This document shows positions 30,239-39,366 of a DNA stretch of 64,000 nucleotides, piece by piece (position 1 is the first letter of the stretch; every line of letters begins with the position of its first letter). Under the pieces are notes generated by a model. The model had not been told where the DNA came from. It saw only the letters and a list, made by a program, of their open reading frames with translations, and made no database searches. Location: assembly GCA_965218435.1 (NCBI GenBank), contig CBDCKW010000009.1, positions 480,001 to 544,000 on the forward strand, read 5' to 3'. The stretch is from Truepera sp. (GTDB lineage: Bacteria; Deinococcota; Deinococci; Deinococcales; Trueperaceae). Both the position numbers and the translations under genes were made by a program.

Positions 30239-30706
30239 GTGGTTGTGGCGGTGACTGAGCGTTCGCCCCTCGTTGACCTGCTGGGTTTGGAACCACATGT
30301 TGAAGGCGGGTACTACCGAGAGTTGTGGCGTTCTGAAGTCTTTGTCCCGCACGCTCAGCTTGGGGGCCGTTACAGCGGTGCGCGGGCGAGCGCCTCGAGC
30401 ATCTACTTTCTCCTGCACCCCGGCGAGGTCTCCGTCTGGCACAAGGTCGTCTCCGCCGAGCTGTGGCTCTATCATCTCGGCAGCGCCTTAACTTTGACGC
30501 TGAGCGGTAGCGGCGACGCACCTGCTGAGCCCGGCGAAGAGCTGCGACTCGGCCCCACTATTGCTACCGGTGAAAGGCCGCAACAGCTCGTGCCGCCGGG
30601 GGTGTGGCAAACCGCGCGGAACAGCGGTACCGAACCGACCTTGGTCTCGTGTATCGTCGCCCCGGCGTTTCACCCGGACGAGTTTCGCTTAGCTCCGTCT
30701 ACTTAG
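30239..30706 (+). CDS. Cupin (DUF985/Cupin_5 family)
   Basis: LGLEPHVEGGYYRE, SIYFLL, ELWLYH, VPPGVWQ, VSCIVAPAF. Confidence 0.85.
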   Translation: MVVAVTERSPLVDLLGLEPHVEGGYYRELWRSEVFVPHAQLGGRYSGARASASSIYFLLHPGEVSVWHKVVSAELWLYHLGSALTLTLSGSGDAPAEPGEELRLGPTIATGERPQQLVPPGVWQTARNSGTEPTLVSCIVAPAFHPDEFRLAPST

Positions 30707-31031
30707 CCAAACCGTAAATAAAGGCAGAGTCTAAAAGCGGTTGTAAGACCGCCAGGCCAGTGCTTAAGAGCCGCCTACAAGCAACTAAATTGCATCCGTA
30801 AGACTCTAAAAGCATGTGTCAGACGGCTTTTGCGGCGTAACCGTAAAGTTTGCGGGTTTGCCTACGGCTCGCTTGGAACGTCACGGTTCAAGCCTTATGC
30901 GAGCCGGGGGTTCGTCACACCGGTCCGGCCGGTCTGATAAACTCGGCTATAACCCCGTACGCTTAGACGCTCGAGACAAGCGTTCAAGACCCAAGCTAAC
31001 CCAATCTAGTTGCGCTTAAAAGGTGGAGACG

Positions 31032-32375
31032 ATGCCCGACACCCATACCTACCACATCACCCGGAACTGCTTAAAAAGCGGTTGTATGTTCCTTTCGCCG
31101 TCGGCCCAAGAGCTCTTTCCGCCCGAAGGACCCTTCGACGCCAAAGATACCCGGAGCGGTGAGACTTTAGCCTTGACCCGGGTAGACGCGCGTACGGTGG
31201 CGGGCCTGAGGCCACTTTTTGAACGGCACGGACTCGAGCCCAACGATCTTTTGCTGATTGCCAGAGAGGGTAAAACCTATACCCTGACCCCGACGGCGAA
31301 ACCGCGCGTGGCCGACTACACCCGCCCGGAGACGCAGCGCGGGCTCGTTGACCGGGTGGTTGAGCAAGCGCCTTTGTCCGAGCGGGAGATTCGGGCGCTT
31401 TTTCCTGACTTGCCGAGTCAGTTTGACCTGAACACGGTTCTAGAACAAGACGGCCGCTTACACAAGTACGAAGGTCGCTGGCAGTTCGTGCCGGAAGGTG
31501 CACAAATAGAAGCTGCCGGGGAAATTGACAGGGGCCGAGCGTCGGTCAACCCCTACCGCCCTGCACCGGCGACCGAAGGGTTTGTCCCGCCTTCAGAGTC
31601 AGGCGTAAAAACCGGCGACGCGTCGTTGCACACGCGGGCGAGAGAGGCGCTACGGAGTTTTGGCTTTCGACTCGAGCCGCGTAGTTCGGTGCAGCTCGTC
31701 GCACACGCCGACCTGGGCCGCCGCCCCTATAGCGTCTTGGTGCAGCTGCTAGCCGAGGGGACGCGCCTCGACTGGACGAAGCTTTTGGCCCGCCGCCGCG
31801 AACTCAAGGTGACCCATCTGGCAGTATTCGGCCCTCACGAAGACCTGTTACGGCTGCAGTCGCCCGCAGCGCAGGCGCGCGCAACGCTCTGGTCGTGGCA
31901 AGGTCTGGCCCAAGCGGTTAACCTGGTGGCCGCCGTACCGGTGAGCCCGTTTGACCTCGAGCCTTACTTCGCGCAGGGCGGCCTGTTCGAGGAGGGTTTA
32001 CGCCGGTTTGAGAGGATGATCGAACGGCGTGTTGACGCCCGTGGCGACTTCTCCGCTGTGTTACAGCGCCTCGCCGCGCTCCGCGCCCCGGCGGTCTTTT
32101 TGCTCGAGGACGTCATGGTTGACACGAACCTAACCCGCGACCAGGTAATGATGACGCTGAACCTCCTCAGTGAAGCGCCCTTTCACCTCGTCAGCCGGGT
32201 AGACAGCGGTGAGTTCTCTTTGCGGCAAGGTGTCTTTGAAAACTTGACGCAGCTTTCAGACTACGCGCTTTCGCTGACTGAGCGCCTGCCCGCACGCCGC
32301 ACCGAACACGTACGCGGAAACGCCGCCCTCATCGAAGGATCGGCACCCACGGTCAGAAAGCCGGTGTCGTCTTAG
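31032..32375 (+). CDS. Multidomain hypothetical protein, possibly nucleic-acid binding
   Basis: Long ORF with normal codon usage and GGAG RBS; domain guesses are given in the findings. Confidence 0.75.
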   Translation: MPDTHTYHITRNCLKSGCMFLSPSAQELFPPEGPFDAKDTRSGETLALTRVDARTVAGLRPLFERHGLEPNDLLLIAREGKTYTLTPTAKPRVADYTRPETQRGLVDRVVEQAPLSEREIRALFPDLPSQFDLNTVLEQDGRLHKYEGRWQFVPEGAQIEAAGEIDRGRASVNPYRPAPATEGFVPPSESGVKTGDASLHTRAREALRSFGFRLEPRSSVQLVAHADLGRRPYSVLVQLLAEGTRLDWTKLLARRRELKVTHLAVFGPHEDLLRLQSPAAQARATLWSWQGLAQAVNLVAAVPVSPFDLEPYFAQGGLFEEGLRRFERMIERRVDARGDFSAVLQRLAALRAPAVFLLEDVMVDTNLTRDQVMMTLNLLSEAPFHLVSRVDSGEFSLRQGVFENLTQLSDYALSLTERLPARRTEHVRGNAALIEGSAPTVRKPVSS

Positions 32376-32610
32376 TCGGTTTGAGCTTGCTCGGTCTTAG
32401 GTCAGTTGGACGCGTTTGCGGCACCTGAGAGAAGTCAGAAGTTGGCGGCTTGACTGAGAAACCAGTTTCGCTCACACATTTAAGGCGTAATGACATAGCA
32501 TTTGTGGGATTGACACAAATATCATCCCAGAACACACGTGTTGGTCAGCGAAATCTATCTTGAGCGCGTTTCCAACCAGGTAATACCTGCCAAAAAAAGG
32601 TAAACTGCGT

Positions 32611-32644
32611 ATAAAAAAGCCCCTCAGGTGAGGGGCTTTTTTAT
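32611..32644. terminator. Bidirectional Rho-independent terminator
   Basis: Perfect 16-bp inverted repeat ATAAAAAAGCCCCTCA-gg-TGAGGGGCTTTTTTAT between convergent genes. Confidence 0.9.
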
Positions 32645-32680
32645 GATTGTATAGGTTTGAGTACGTCGTTTAAGCGTAAC

Positions 32681-33811
32681 TTAGGGGCGGAAGTTAAAAC
32701 CTGCGGCAACGGTCGGGTAGATGTCTTGGCTATACCCCGGAACGGTGATTGGATCGAAGTAGTAGTCGGCGGTACCTTCAACGAAGAAGGTGATCGGGCC
32801 GTTGCCGAACTCTGCGCCGAGCAGCGCACCGGCAAACGGACCTTCGTTGACGCCCGAATTGAAGAGCACGTCGGCAAACTGATAACCGCCGCCGACCCCG
32901 AGGTAAGCACTGACGCCGCCCGTACCGAGCGTATAGGTCAGGTGACCTGAAGTGGCGAGCGAACCGGATTGGATAAGAGACTGACGACCGTAGTCGGCTG
33001 CGGCGCGGATGCCAAAGCCGGAGACGATGTTGTCAATCCCGATTTTGACGCGGGGACGGAAACGGAGATTATCAACCGCATTGATTTCGTAAAACGAGCC
33101 GATACCGAGGTAGAACTTGCCGCGTGCGCTGCTGACGGCAACTGCCGCAGGAGCAGAGACCGGCGGCTTGACGGTGACTGCCGGTTCTTCGGGGGTCGGT
33201 GTTGGGGCAGCCGTACTCGCGCTGCCAAGTTGATTGCGGAGGTTGTTGACCTGCTTGTTAAGAGCTGTGACCTGCTCTTGCAGCGCAGTGACGTCGGGGC
33301 TGGGGGCGGTGGGTGCCGGAGCCTGCTCGAGTGCGGCGACGCGGCCTTCAAGCGCGGTCAGCGAATCGGCGAGGTTGCCTGAAGGTGCAGCCTGCTCGAG
33401 CGCGGTCACCCGTTTCGTCAATGCACTTAGGGCTTCGCCGCCTTTGGGGGCGTTCTCGAGGGCGCTAATCCGGTCGGTCAGTGAACCGAGTTGGTTTTGC
33501 AGTTCGGCAACCGCATTGTTGACTGTAGCCAAATCCTCTTCACTTAGGGCTTTGGCGGCAGCGTTGTTTTCGTCAATGACGCTGAGGAGGCGGCTGACGA
33601 CAAGCGCAGCCTGATAACGCGTGAAGGCTTCGTTGCCACGAAAGGTACCGTCCGGAAAGCCGTTGACGATCCCCAACTCGGCAAGTTGCGAGACCGCGTC
33701 GGCGGCGTAAGCGTCGGCGGGCACGTCGGGAAAGCTGTTCTGCGCGAGCGCCCCCCCTAGTGTTCCACCAAGTACAAGCACGGCGGCCGATGTAAGTAAA
33801 CCTTTTTTCAT
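32681..33811 (-). CDS. SLH-domain envelope protein (SLH, coiled coil, Pro-rich linker, small beta-barrel)
   Basis: Signal peptide; FPDVPADAYA..GIVNGFPDGTFRG..TRYQAA SLH motif; three R[IV]xALE heptad repeats; C-terminal strands ending GFNFRP. Confidence 0.85.
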   Translation of the reverse strand: MKKGLLTSAAVLVLGGTLGGALAQNSFPDVPADAYAADAVSQLAELGIVNGFPDGTFRGNEAFTRYQAALVVSRLLSVIDENNAAAKALSEEDLATVNNAVAELQNQLGSLTDRISALENAPKGGEALSALTKRVTALEQAAPSGNLADSLTALEGRVAALEQAPAPTAPSPDVTALQEQVTALNKQVNNLRNQLGSASTAAPTPTPEEPAVTVKPPVSAPAAVAVSSARGKFYLGIGSFYEINAVDNLRFRPRVKIGIDNIVSGFGIRAAADYGRQSLIQSGSLATSGHLTYTLGTGGVSAYLGVGGGYQFADVLFNSGVNEGPFAGALLGAEFGNGPITFFVEGTADYYFDPITVPGYSQDIYPTVAAGFNFRP

Positions 33812-34116
33812 CTAGGACCTCTTTTCTGGTACCGAGTGTAACAGCCTCGGCCACTGCTGGGCAACACTACCGGTCTAACCGTACGGGCCTGCCGACCGAT
33901 AGTGAACTCAAAGGGTACGCTAGCAACCAGAGTACCCGCGTCACACTAACCTGCCCTACAAAAAGTATGATGAGTTCACCTTAATACCGAGCTGTCTCTA
34001 CCTTTAATAACTTCTTAAAGTCTGCTTAGAGGGTGACTTAACGCGTCAGGGACTACCGTCTTAAGCTAAAAAAGCGTGCGCTAGACGGCCCACGCTATAA
34101 CTTGAACCAACCGCTG

Positions 34117-34434
34117 CTAAACTGTTTGAACCGAGACGAAGACGCGCCCGTCTCGAACCTCAGTTTGGTAAAGCTGGACTTTTTTAATCGCAGGCAGCGT
34201 CGCTTTGCCCGTTTCTAAGTTGAACTTCGCGCCGTGCCACTCGCACTTGACCGCGCCTTCTAAGAGCTCGCCGGTATGAAGTGGGTACTCGCGGTGAGTA
34301 CAGCGGTCGGCGAGCGCGTAGAACTGCCCGTCCTGATAGACGACGAGTACAGCTTCCCCCTCGACCTCTACAGAGCGCATCGAATCGTCGGGAAAGTCAC
34401 CCACAGCGCCGATATCGGTAAATGTCTCGGTCAT
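34117..34434 (-). CDS. Rieske [2Fe-2S] ferredoxin
   Basis: CTH and CEWHGAKF motifs; last gene of the suf run. Confidence 0.92.
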   Translation of the reverse strand: MTETFTDIGAVGDFPDDSMRSVEVEGEAVLVVYQDGQFYALADRCTHREYPLHTGELLEGAVKCEWHGAKFNLETGKATLPAIKKVQLYQTEVRDGRVFVSVQTV

Positions 34435-34486
34435 AAACAAGGGGACACAAGCGTTGCGTTATCGCTTGCTCGTCCGTCACTCCTTC

Positions 34487-35800
34487 CTAAAGCTTCTCGT
34501 CTACACCCGGTACCCCGAGCTTGGCCTGAACGATGCGTTCGACGTACTCGGCGACTTTGGGCAGCGTGACGCGGCTCGTAACTTCGTGCAAGAAGCCGGT
34601 GACGAGGACGTGTTCGGCGACTTCGGGCGCAAGGCCACGGCTCATCAGGTAAAACCGCTGGTCTTCAGGGACCGGCGAGGTCGTTGACCCGTGTGAACAG
34701 CGTACGTCGTTTGCGCCGATTTCTAGCTGCGGAATACTCACCGCGTCCGAGCCCGAATCGAGTAGCAGGTTGCGGTTCGTTTGGTAGGCGTCGGTCTTTT
34801 GTGCGCCCTCGTCTACTCGAATCATGCCCGAGTAAACCGCGGTCGAGCCGTCGCGCAAGGCACCCTTAAAGAGCAGGTCGCTGTGCGCGTGGTCGGCGTG
34901 GTGGTGCTGCAAGGTATACTGGTTGTAGTGCTGACCCTTGTCGGCAAAATAAAGTCCCAACATTTCAGACTCTGCGCCGGGACCGTCCATAACGCACTCG
35001 ACTTCGGCGCGGGCAGCGTCGGCCCCCAAAGAGACGGTGAGGGACTCGAGCCGACTGTTCCGGTCTAGCCGCGCTTTGATGCGGCTGATCTGCGCGACCG
35101 TCCGGCTCCAGTTTTGCAGCGACACGTAGCGCAAGTTCGCGCCGTCGCCCAAGATGATCTCGACCGACCCCGTGCTAAGGAGCCGTTCGCCGAACTCTTC
35201 AGAAGTGTATTCGTCAATAAACGTCGCTTTGGCGTTGGCACCCAGCACAATCAGCGTACGCGGCGCACTGAGGCCGCCCGCATCTGCTGAGTAAAACGCG
35301 CCTAGAGGTAGCGCAACCTCGGTATTTTTCGGCACGTATAAAAACGTCCCATTTTGCCACACCGCCGCGTTCAGCGCCGTGTATTTAGACTGCGTGGCGT
35401 TCACAACGCTGTAAAGGTACGTTTTCACGAGGTCTTCGTGCTCACGCAGCGCAGAGCGCAGGTCAGTAAAGATCACGCCTGCTTCGCTGATTTTCGAGTC
35501 GCGGTAGACAACCTCGCCGCCCTTGTAGACCAAGACGCCTTCAGCGTCGGAGTCGGTAATGCGCGTTTCGATGCGTTTAGAGACGTTGGTGTCCGCCGGC
35601 GCAGAGACGAGTTCTAAACCGTCTAACGCAAACCGCTTCATCTGCGTGTAACGCCAGTTTTCGTCGCGGTTGGTGGGAAAAGGCATCTTTTCAAAACTGC
35701 GGAGCGCCGCGCGGCGCTCGTCGGCGAGCCACGTAGGTTCATTGTTGTGCTTGACGATCCCCTCGATAACTTGGGGGGAAAGCGTTTGGGTTTGACTCAT
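34487..35800 (-). CDS. sufD: Fe-S assembly protein SufD
   Basis: ENWRYT, QKTDAYQTNRNLLL, PQLEI..DVRCSHG, FYLMSRG. Confidence 0.95.
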   Translation of the reverse strand: MSQTQTLSPQVIEGIVKHNNEPTWLADERRAALRSFEKMPFPTNRDENWRYTQMKRFALDGLELVSAPADTNVSKRIETRITDSDAEGVLVYKGGEVVYRDSKISEAGVIFTDLRSALREHEDLVKTYLYSVVNATQSKYTALNAAVWQNGTFLYVPKNTEVALPLGAFYSADAGGLSAPRTLIVLGANAKATFIDEYTSEEFGERLLSTGSVEIILGDGANLRYVSLQNWSRTVAQISRIKARLDRNSRLESLTVSLGADAARAEVECVMDGPGAESEMLGLYFADKGQHYNQYTLQHHHADHAHSDLLFKGALRDGSTAVYSGMIRVDEGAQKTDAYQTNRNLLLDSGSDAVSIPQLEIGANDVRCSHGSTTSPVPEDQRFYLMSRGLAPEVAEHVLVTGFLHEVTSRVTLPKVAEYVERIVQAKLGVPGVDEKL

Positions 35801-36252
35801 AAAGTCCTTTCTTGGAGCAAAGCTTGGAGGCGGGTGGCGAGGGCGTTACGGGTAGTAAGCGGCACAATCTCGGCTTCGGGAATGCCTAAGTAATCGAAAA
35901 TGCGAGGCCCCTTTTTGTCGTCCGGCAACTCGACCATTCTTGGAATGACGTGAAAGTGAACATGCGAGTGCTCCACCTTTTCAGCAAATAAAACCGTGTA
36001 GGTTTTCACCGCGCCCGTCACCTCTTGCAGCGCCCTCGAGACACGGTGCAAAAACGGCCCAAAACTTGCAGTTTCAGCCTCGGTTAGTTCAGCAAAGCTC
36101 GCTACATGCCGCATTGAAACGACGACCAACCAACCTGGGAGTGAGGTATCAAACGCGTGAGCCACGCGCCAGTGCTCAGTTTCATAGACACGTTCACAGA
36201 GCGGTTCTTGGTGCCGGATGGCGGTGAGGTGGCAGGTCATGCAAGTTGTCAT
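35797..36252 (-). CDS. HIT-family nucleotide hydrolase
   Basis: N-terminal CxxC, PGWLVV..RH, histidine triad HVHFHVIPR. Confidence 0.88.
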   Translation of the reverse strand: MTTCMTCHLTAIRHQEPLCERVYETEHWRVAHAFDTSLPGWLVVVSMRHVASFAELTEAETASFGPFLHRVSRALQEVTGAVKTYTVLFAEKVEHSHVHFHVIPRMVELPDDKKGPRIFDYLGIPEAEIVPLTTRNALATRLQALLQERTL

Positions 36253-36261
36253 AAGAATGTC

Positions 36262-36519
36262 CTAACGTCGGTAGACATCTTTGCGGTGCGCGACTTTAAG
36301 GGCAGTAATCTCCTGCTTTGCCGCATCTACGTTGTAAACGACGCGGTAATCACCGATACGGACGCGGTAACTGGCTTCACCTACCAACTTTTTGCTAGGG
36401 ACGGCAGCGGGGTCGTTTTGCAGCTTAAGGAGTGCAGTGAGTATACGCCGCTGAACCTCAACTGGTAACGCTTGTAAATCTTTCTCCGCGCGTCTATCGA
36501 AATGGAGCGAATAGGCCAC
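36262..36519 (-). CDS. Type II toxin, RelE/ParE superfamily
   Basis: 85 aa, basic; KKLVG..YRVRIGDYRVVY..VAHRKDVYR. Confidence 0.92.
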   Translation of the reverse strand: MAYSLHFDRRAEKDLQALPVEVQRRILTALLKLQNDPAAVPSKKLVGEASYRVRIGDYRVVYNVDAAKQEITALKVAHRKDVYRR

Positions 36520-36725
36520 TAAAGACCTAAACGCTCCTTCATCTCATCGAGTGAAATCGTCTCACCGTCACGTCTTTCGGCTAGAACTCGCCTGTGCCAC
36601 GCTTCCTCGAGCAACTCTTCGTACTCTTCAACGGTCAAAAGCACGTGGGTACGTTTACCCTCAGCATCCGTAAGGTAATGATGATGGTCGAGCGTGTTGT
36701 CAGGGGTTTCAAAGGTATCTGCCAT
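36519..36725 (-). CDS. Cognate antitoxin
   Basis: 68 aa, acidic; LTDAEGKRTHVLL..EEYEELLE and ETISLDEMKERLGL; TAG/GTG 1-nt overlap with the toxin. Confidence 0.85.
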   Translation of the reverse strand: MADTFETPDNTLDHHHYLTDAEGKRTHVLLTVEEYEELLEEAWHRRVLAERRDGETISLDEMKERLGL

Positions 36726-36739
36726 AAATACTCGCCGGT

Positions 36740-38155
36740 TTAGCCGACTGACCCTTCCATCTCGAGTTCAATCAAACGGTTGAGTTCGACAGCGTACTCG
36801 AGCGGCAGTTCTTTGGCAACCGGCTCTAAAAACCCGCGAACGATCAGGGCGGCGGCTTCGGCTTGTTCCAACCCACGCGATTGCAGGTAAAAAATTTGCT
36901 CGTCGTTGAGTTTTGAAACCGACGCTTCGTGCCCGACGTGCGCCGTCTTCTCGTCAATCTGAATGTACGGATAAGTGTCCGTTTTGGCAGTGTCGTCTAG
37001 CAGCAGTGCGTCACACTCAACGTTGCTCCGGGCACCCGTCGCACCTTCATGAATCTCAACCAACCCACGGTATGAGCTGCGCCCGCCGTCTTTGGAGATA
37101 GACTTTGACACGACGCTGCTGCTCGTATGCGGCGCAGCGTGAACCATCTTCGCACCCGCGTCTTGGTGCTGCCCGTCACCGGCAAAGGCGATAGACAAAA
37201 CCTCGCCCCTTGCGCCCTCTTCCATCAGGTAGCAAGACGGGTACTTCATTGTCACCTTCGAGCCGAGGTTACCGTCGAGCCAGCCCATCGAGGCATTTTT
37301 GTAGACCAGCGCCCGCTGCGTCACGAGGTTGTAGACGTTGTGCGACCAGTTTTGAATCGTCGAGTAACGTACCTGGCTGCGCTCTTTGCAGATAATCTCG
37401 ATCACGCCCGAGTGAAACGAATCCGAGTTGTAGGTCGGGGCGGTGCAGCCTTCGATGTAGTGAAACTTCGAGCCTTCTTCACCGATAATCAGCGTCCGCT
37501 CAAACTGGCCCATGCTCTGCGCGTTGATTAAAAAGTACGCTTGCAGCGGCACCTCAACCTCGACACCTGCCGGAACGTAAACGAATGACCCACCCGACCA
37601 CGCGGCGGAGTTGACGGCGGCGAAATAGTTGTCTTCAGGTGGGACGACCGTCGCAAAGTGTTCCTTAAAAAGTTCTGGGTACTTCTGCACCGCCGAATCG
37701 GTGTCAGCGAAGATCACGCCCTTTTTCTCCCACTCTTCTTTAAGCGAGTGGTAGACCATTTCAGACTCGTACTGTGCGCCGACGCCTGCTAGGGCTTTTT
37801 GCTCAGCCTCGGGAATACCGAGTCTGCGGTAGGTTTCGCGGACCTCTTCGGGTACGTCGTCCCACGAGTTGGTTCCGGCTTTGTCTTGCGGGCGAATATA
37901 GAAGTAGATGTCGTCGAAGTTCAGGCGGCTGAGGTCGGGTCCCCACTTGGGACGGCCTTTTTTCTCGGCAATCTCGAGCGCCTTAAGCCGGAACTTGAGC
38001 ATCCATTCGGGCTCGTTTTTGTGATAAGAAATCTGCTCGATCACGCGGCGGTTAAGGCCCTTTTCAGAGCGGAAAAAGTATTCTTCGGGCAGGCTGAACT
38101 CGTACTGGCGTTCGTGCTGCATTCCTTGCAAATTGGTGCCTGATGTGTCGGCCAT
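36740..38155 (-). CDS. sufB: Fe-S assembly protein SufB
   Basis: [50 protein letters not shown]. Confidence 0.97.
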   Translation of the reverse strand: MADTSGTNLQGMQHERQYEFSLPEEYFFRSEKGLNRRVIEQISYHKNEPEWMLKFRLKALEIAEKKGRPKWGPDLSRLNFDDIYFYIRPQDKAGTNSWDDVPEEVRETYRRLGIPEAEQKALAGVGAQYESEMVYHSLKEEWEKKGVIFADTDSAVQKYPELFKEHFATVVPPEDNYFAAVNSAAWSGGSFVYVPAGVEVEVPLQAYFLINAQSMGQFERTLIIGEEGSKFHYIEGCTAPTYNSDSFHSGVIEIICKERSQVRYSTIQNWSHNVYNLVTQRALVYKNASMGWLDGNLGSKVTMKYPSCYLMEEGARGEVLSIAFAGDGQHQDAGAKMVHAAPHTSSSVVSKSISKDGGRSSYRGLVEIHEGATGARSNVECDALLLDDTAKTDTYPYIQIDEKTAHVGHEASVSKLNDEQIFYLQSRGLEQAEAAALIVRGFLEPVAKELPLEYAVELNRLIELEMEGSVG

Positions 38156-38256
38156 AGTGTTGATATCTCCCTCAGTAATGCGTTGGTGTAGAGGCTGTTT
38201 TAGGTGTTTCCCGTTGAAGTGATGCGCCGCTAAGCTAAGGCTCGAGTCAATAGCCC

Positions 38257-39021
38257 TTACGCGCCGACCGCTTCTTGCTCCTCGCGGAGCCAGTCGTAAC
38301 CGCGTTCGTCAAGTTCCATCGCCAGCTCTTTGGGGCCTTCTTTAATGATTTTGCCCCGGTACATCACGTGGACTCTGTCGGGCACGATGTAGTTCAAGAG
38401 GCGCTGATAGTGCGTGATAACGAGCGCGCCGAACTCGGGGCCGCGCGCCGCGTTGACCCCTTGCGACACGACTTTAAGCGCGTCTACGTCTAAGCCCGAG
38501 TCGGTTTCGTCCAGCAGGGCGTATTTGGGCTCTAAAACCAGCAGTTGCAACACCTCACTGCGTTTCTTTTCGCCGCCGGAAAAGCCTTCGTTGAGGTAAC
38601 GCTCTAAAATGTTTTCGTCCCAGTGGAGTTCTTTAACGGCCTTTTGGACCTTGTTGTAAAAGTCCATCACACCGATTTCATCACCTTCGTTACGGCGAGC
38701 GTTAAGTGCCAACCGTAAAAAGTTCGCCATCGAGACGCCCGGCACCTCGACGGGATACTGAAACGCCAAGTAGACCCCGGCGCGGGCACGTTCGTCGGGT
38801 TCCAATTCTAAGACGCTCTCGCCGTCAATCAAAACCTCACCCTCAGTAACTTCGTAGGCCGGGTCACCGGCGATGACCTTAGAAAGCGTTGATTTACCCG
38901 AACCGTTGGGTCCCATCAGTGCGTGAACTTCGCCTTTAGGAATGACCAAATCAACGCCGCGCAGGATCGGGTCGCCGTTGATGGTGGCGTGAAGGTTACG
39001 AATTTCCAGCGTTTGACTCAT
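38257..39021 (-). CDS. sufC: Fe-S assembly ATPase SufC
   Basis: [45 protein letters not shown]. Confidence 0.97.
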   Translation of the reverse strand: MSQTLEIRNLHATINGDPILRGVDLVIPKGEVHALMGPNGSGKSTLSKVIAGDPAYEVTEGEVLIDGESVLELEPDERARAGVYLAFQYPVEVPGVSMANFLRLALNARRNEGDEIGVMDFYNKVQKAVKELHWDENILERYLNEGFSGGEKKRSEVLQLLVLEPKYALLDETDSGLDVDALKVVSQGVNAARGPEFGALVITHYQRLLNYIVPDRVHVMYRGKIIKEGPKELAMELDERGYDWLREEQEAVGA

Positions 39022-39071
39022 CTTGACCTCGCTTGTAATTGAGACGGTAACAGGGACTGCTCGAGCCCTTT

Positions 39072-39097
39072 TTAGGACTCATTCCGAATTAAGTATA
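39072..39097 (-). promoter_or_regulatory. Putative suf -10 element with adjacent palindromic operator
   Basis: TATACT (39097-39092) followed by TTCGGA-N5-TCCTAA (39088-39072). Confidence 0.4.
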
Positions 39098-39366
39098 CAC
39101 CGTGCGCCTATATGCGCCTAGTGTGCGGTTAGACAATCTATAGTAGTGGGGTAGGAATTAAAGCTTGGTCGGGTTGGAGACGTAGGTGAGGGATGAAAAC
39201 CGCCATTTGCAAAGAGCGTCAAATACAAGCAGCTCGAGCAAATTCATGAGCTTGTCTTCGGATACTAAAGTATCTGTGCTTGTCGCCACGCCGTAACTAT
39301 ACAAACGACCTTTTTTTCTACCGAGCTGCATAATTCCAAACAACGATTTAAGAAAGCTGCCAGAAC

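Noticed and set aside
30830..30846. DdrO/RDRM radiation-desiccation motif (TTGCG-N7-CGTAA; weaker look-alikes near 2561 and 52592)
   Set aside because: Partial matches only, spacers off-consensus, and adjacent genes are not known RDR regulon members.
36740..38155. Intein in SufB
   Set aside because: 471 aa is normal length and I see no intein splice motifs or insertion.
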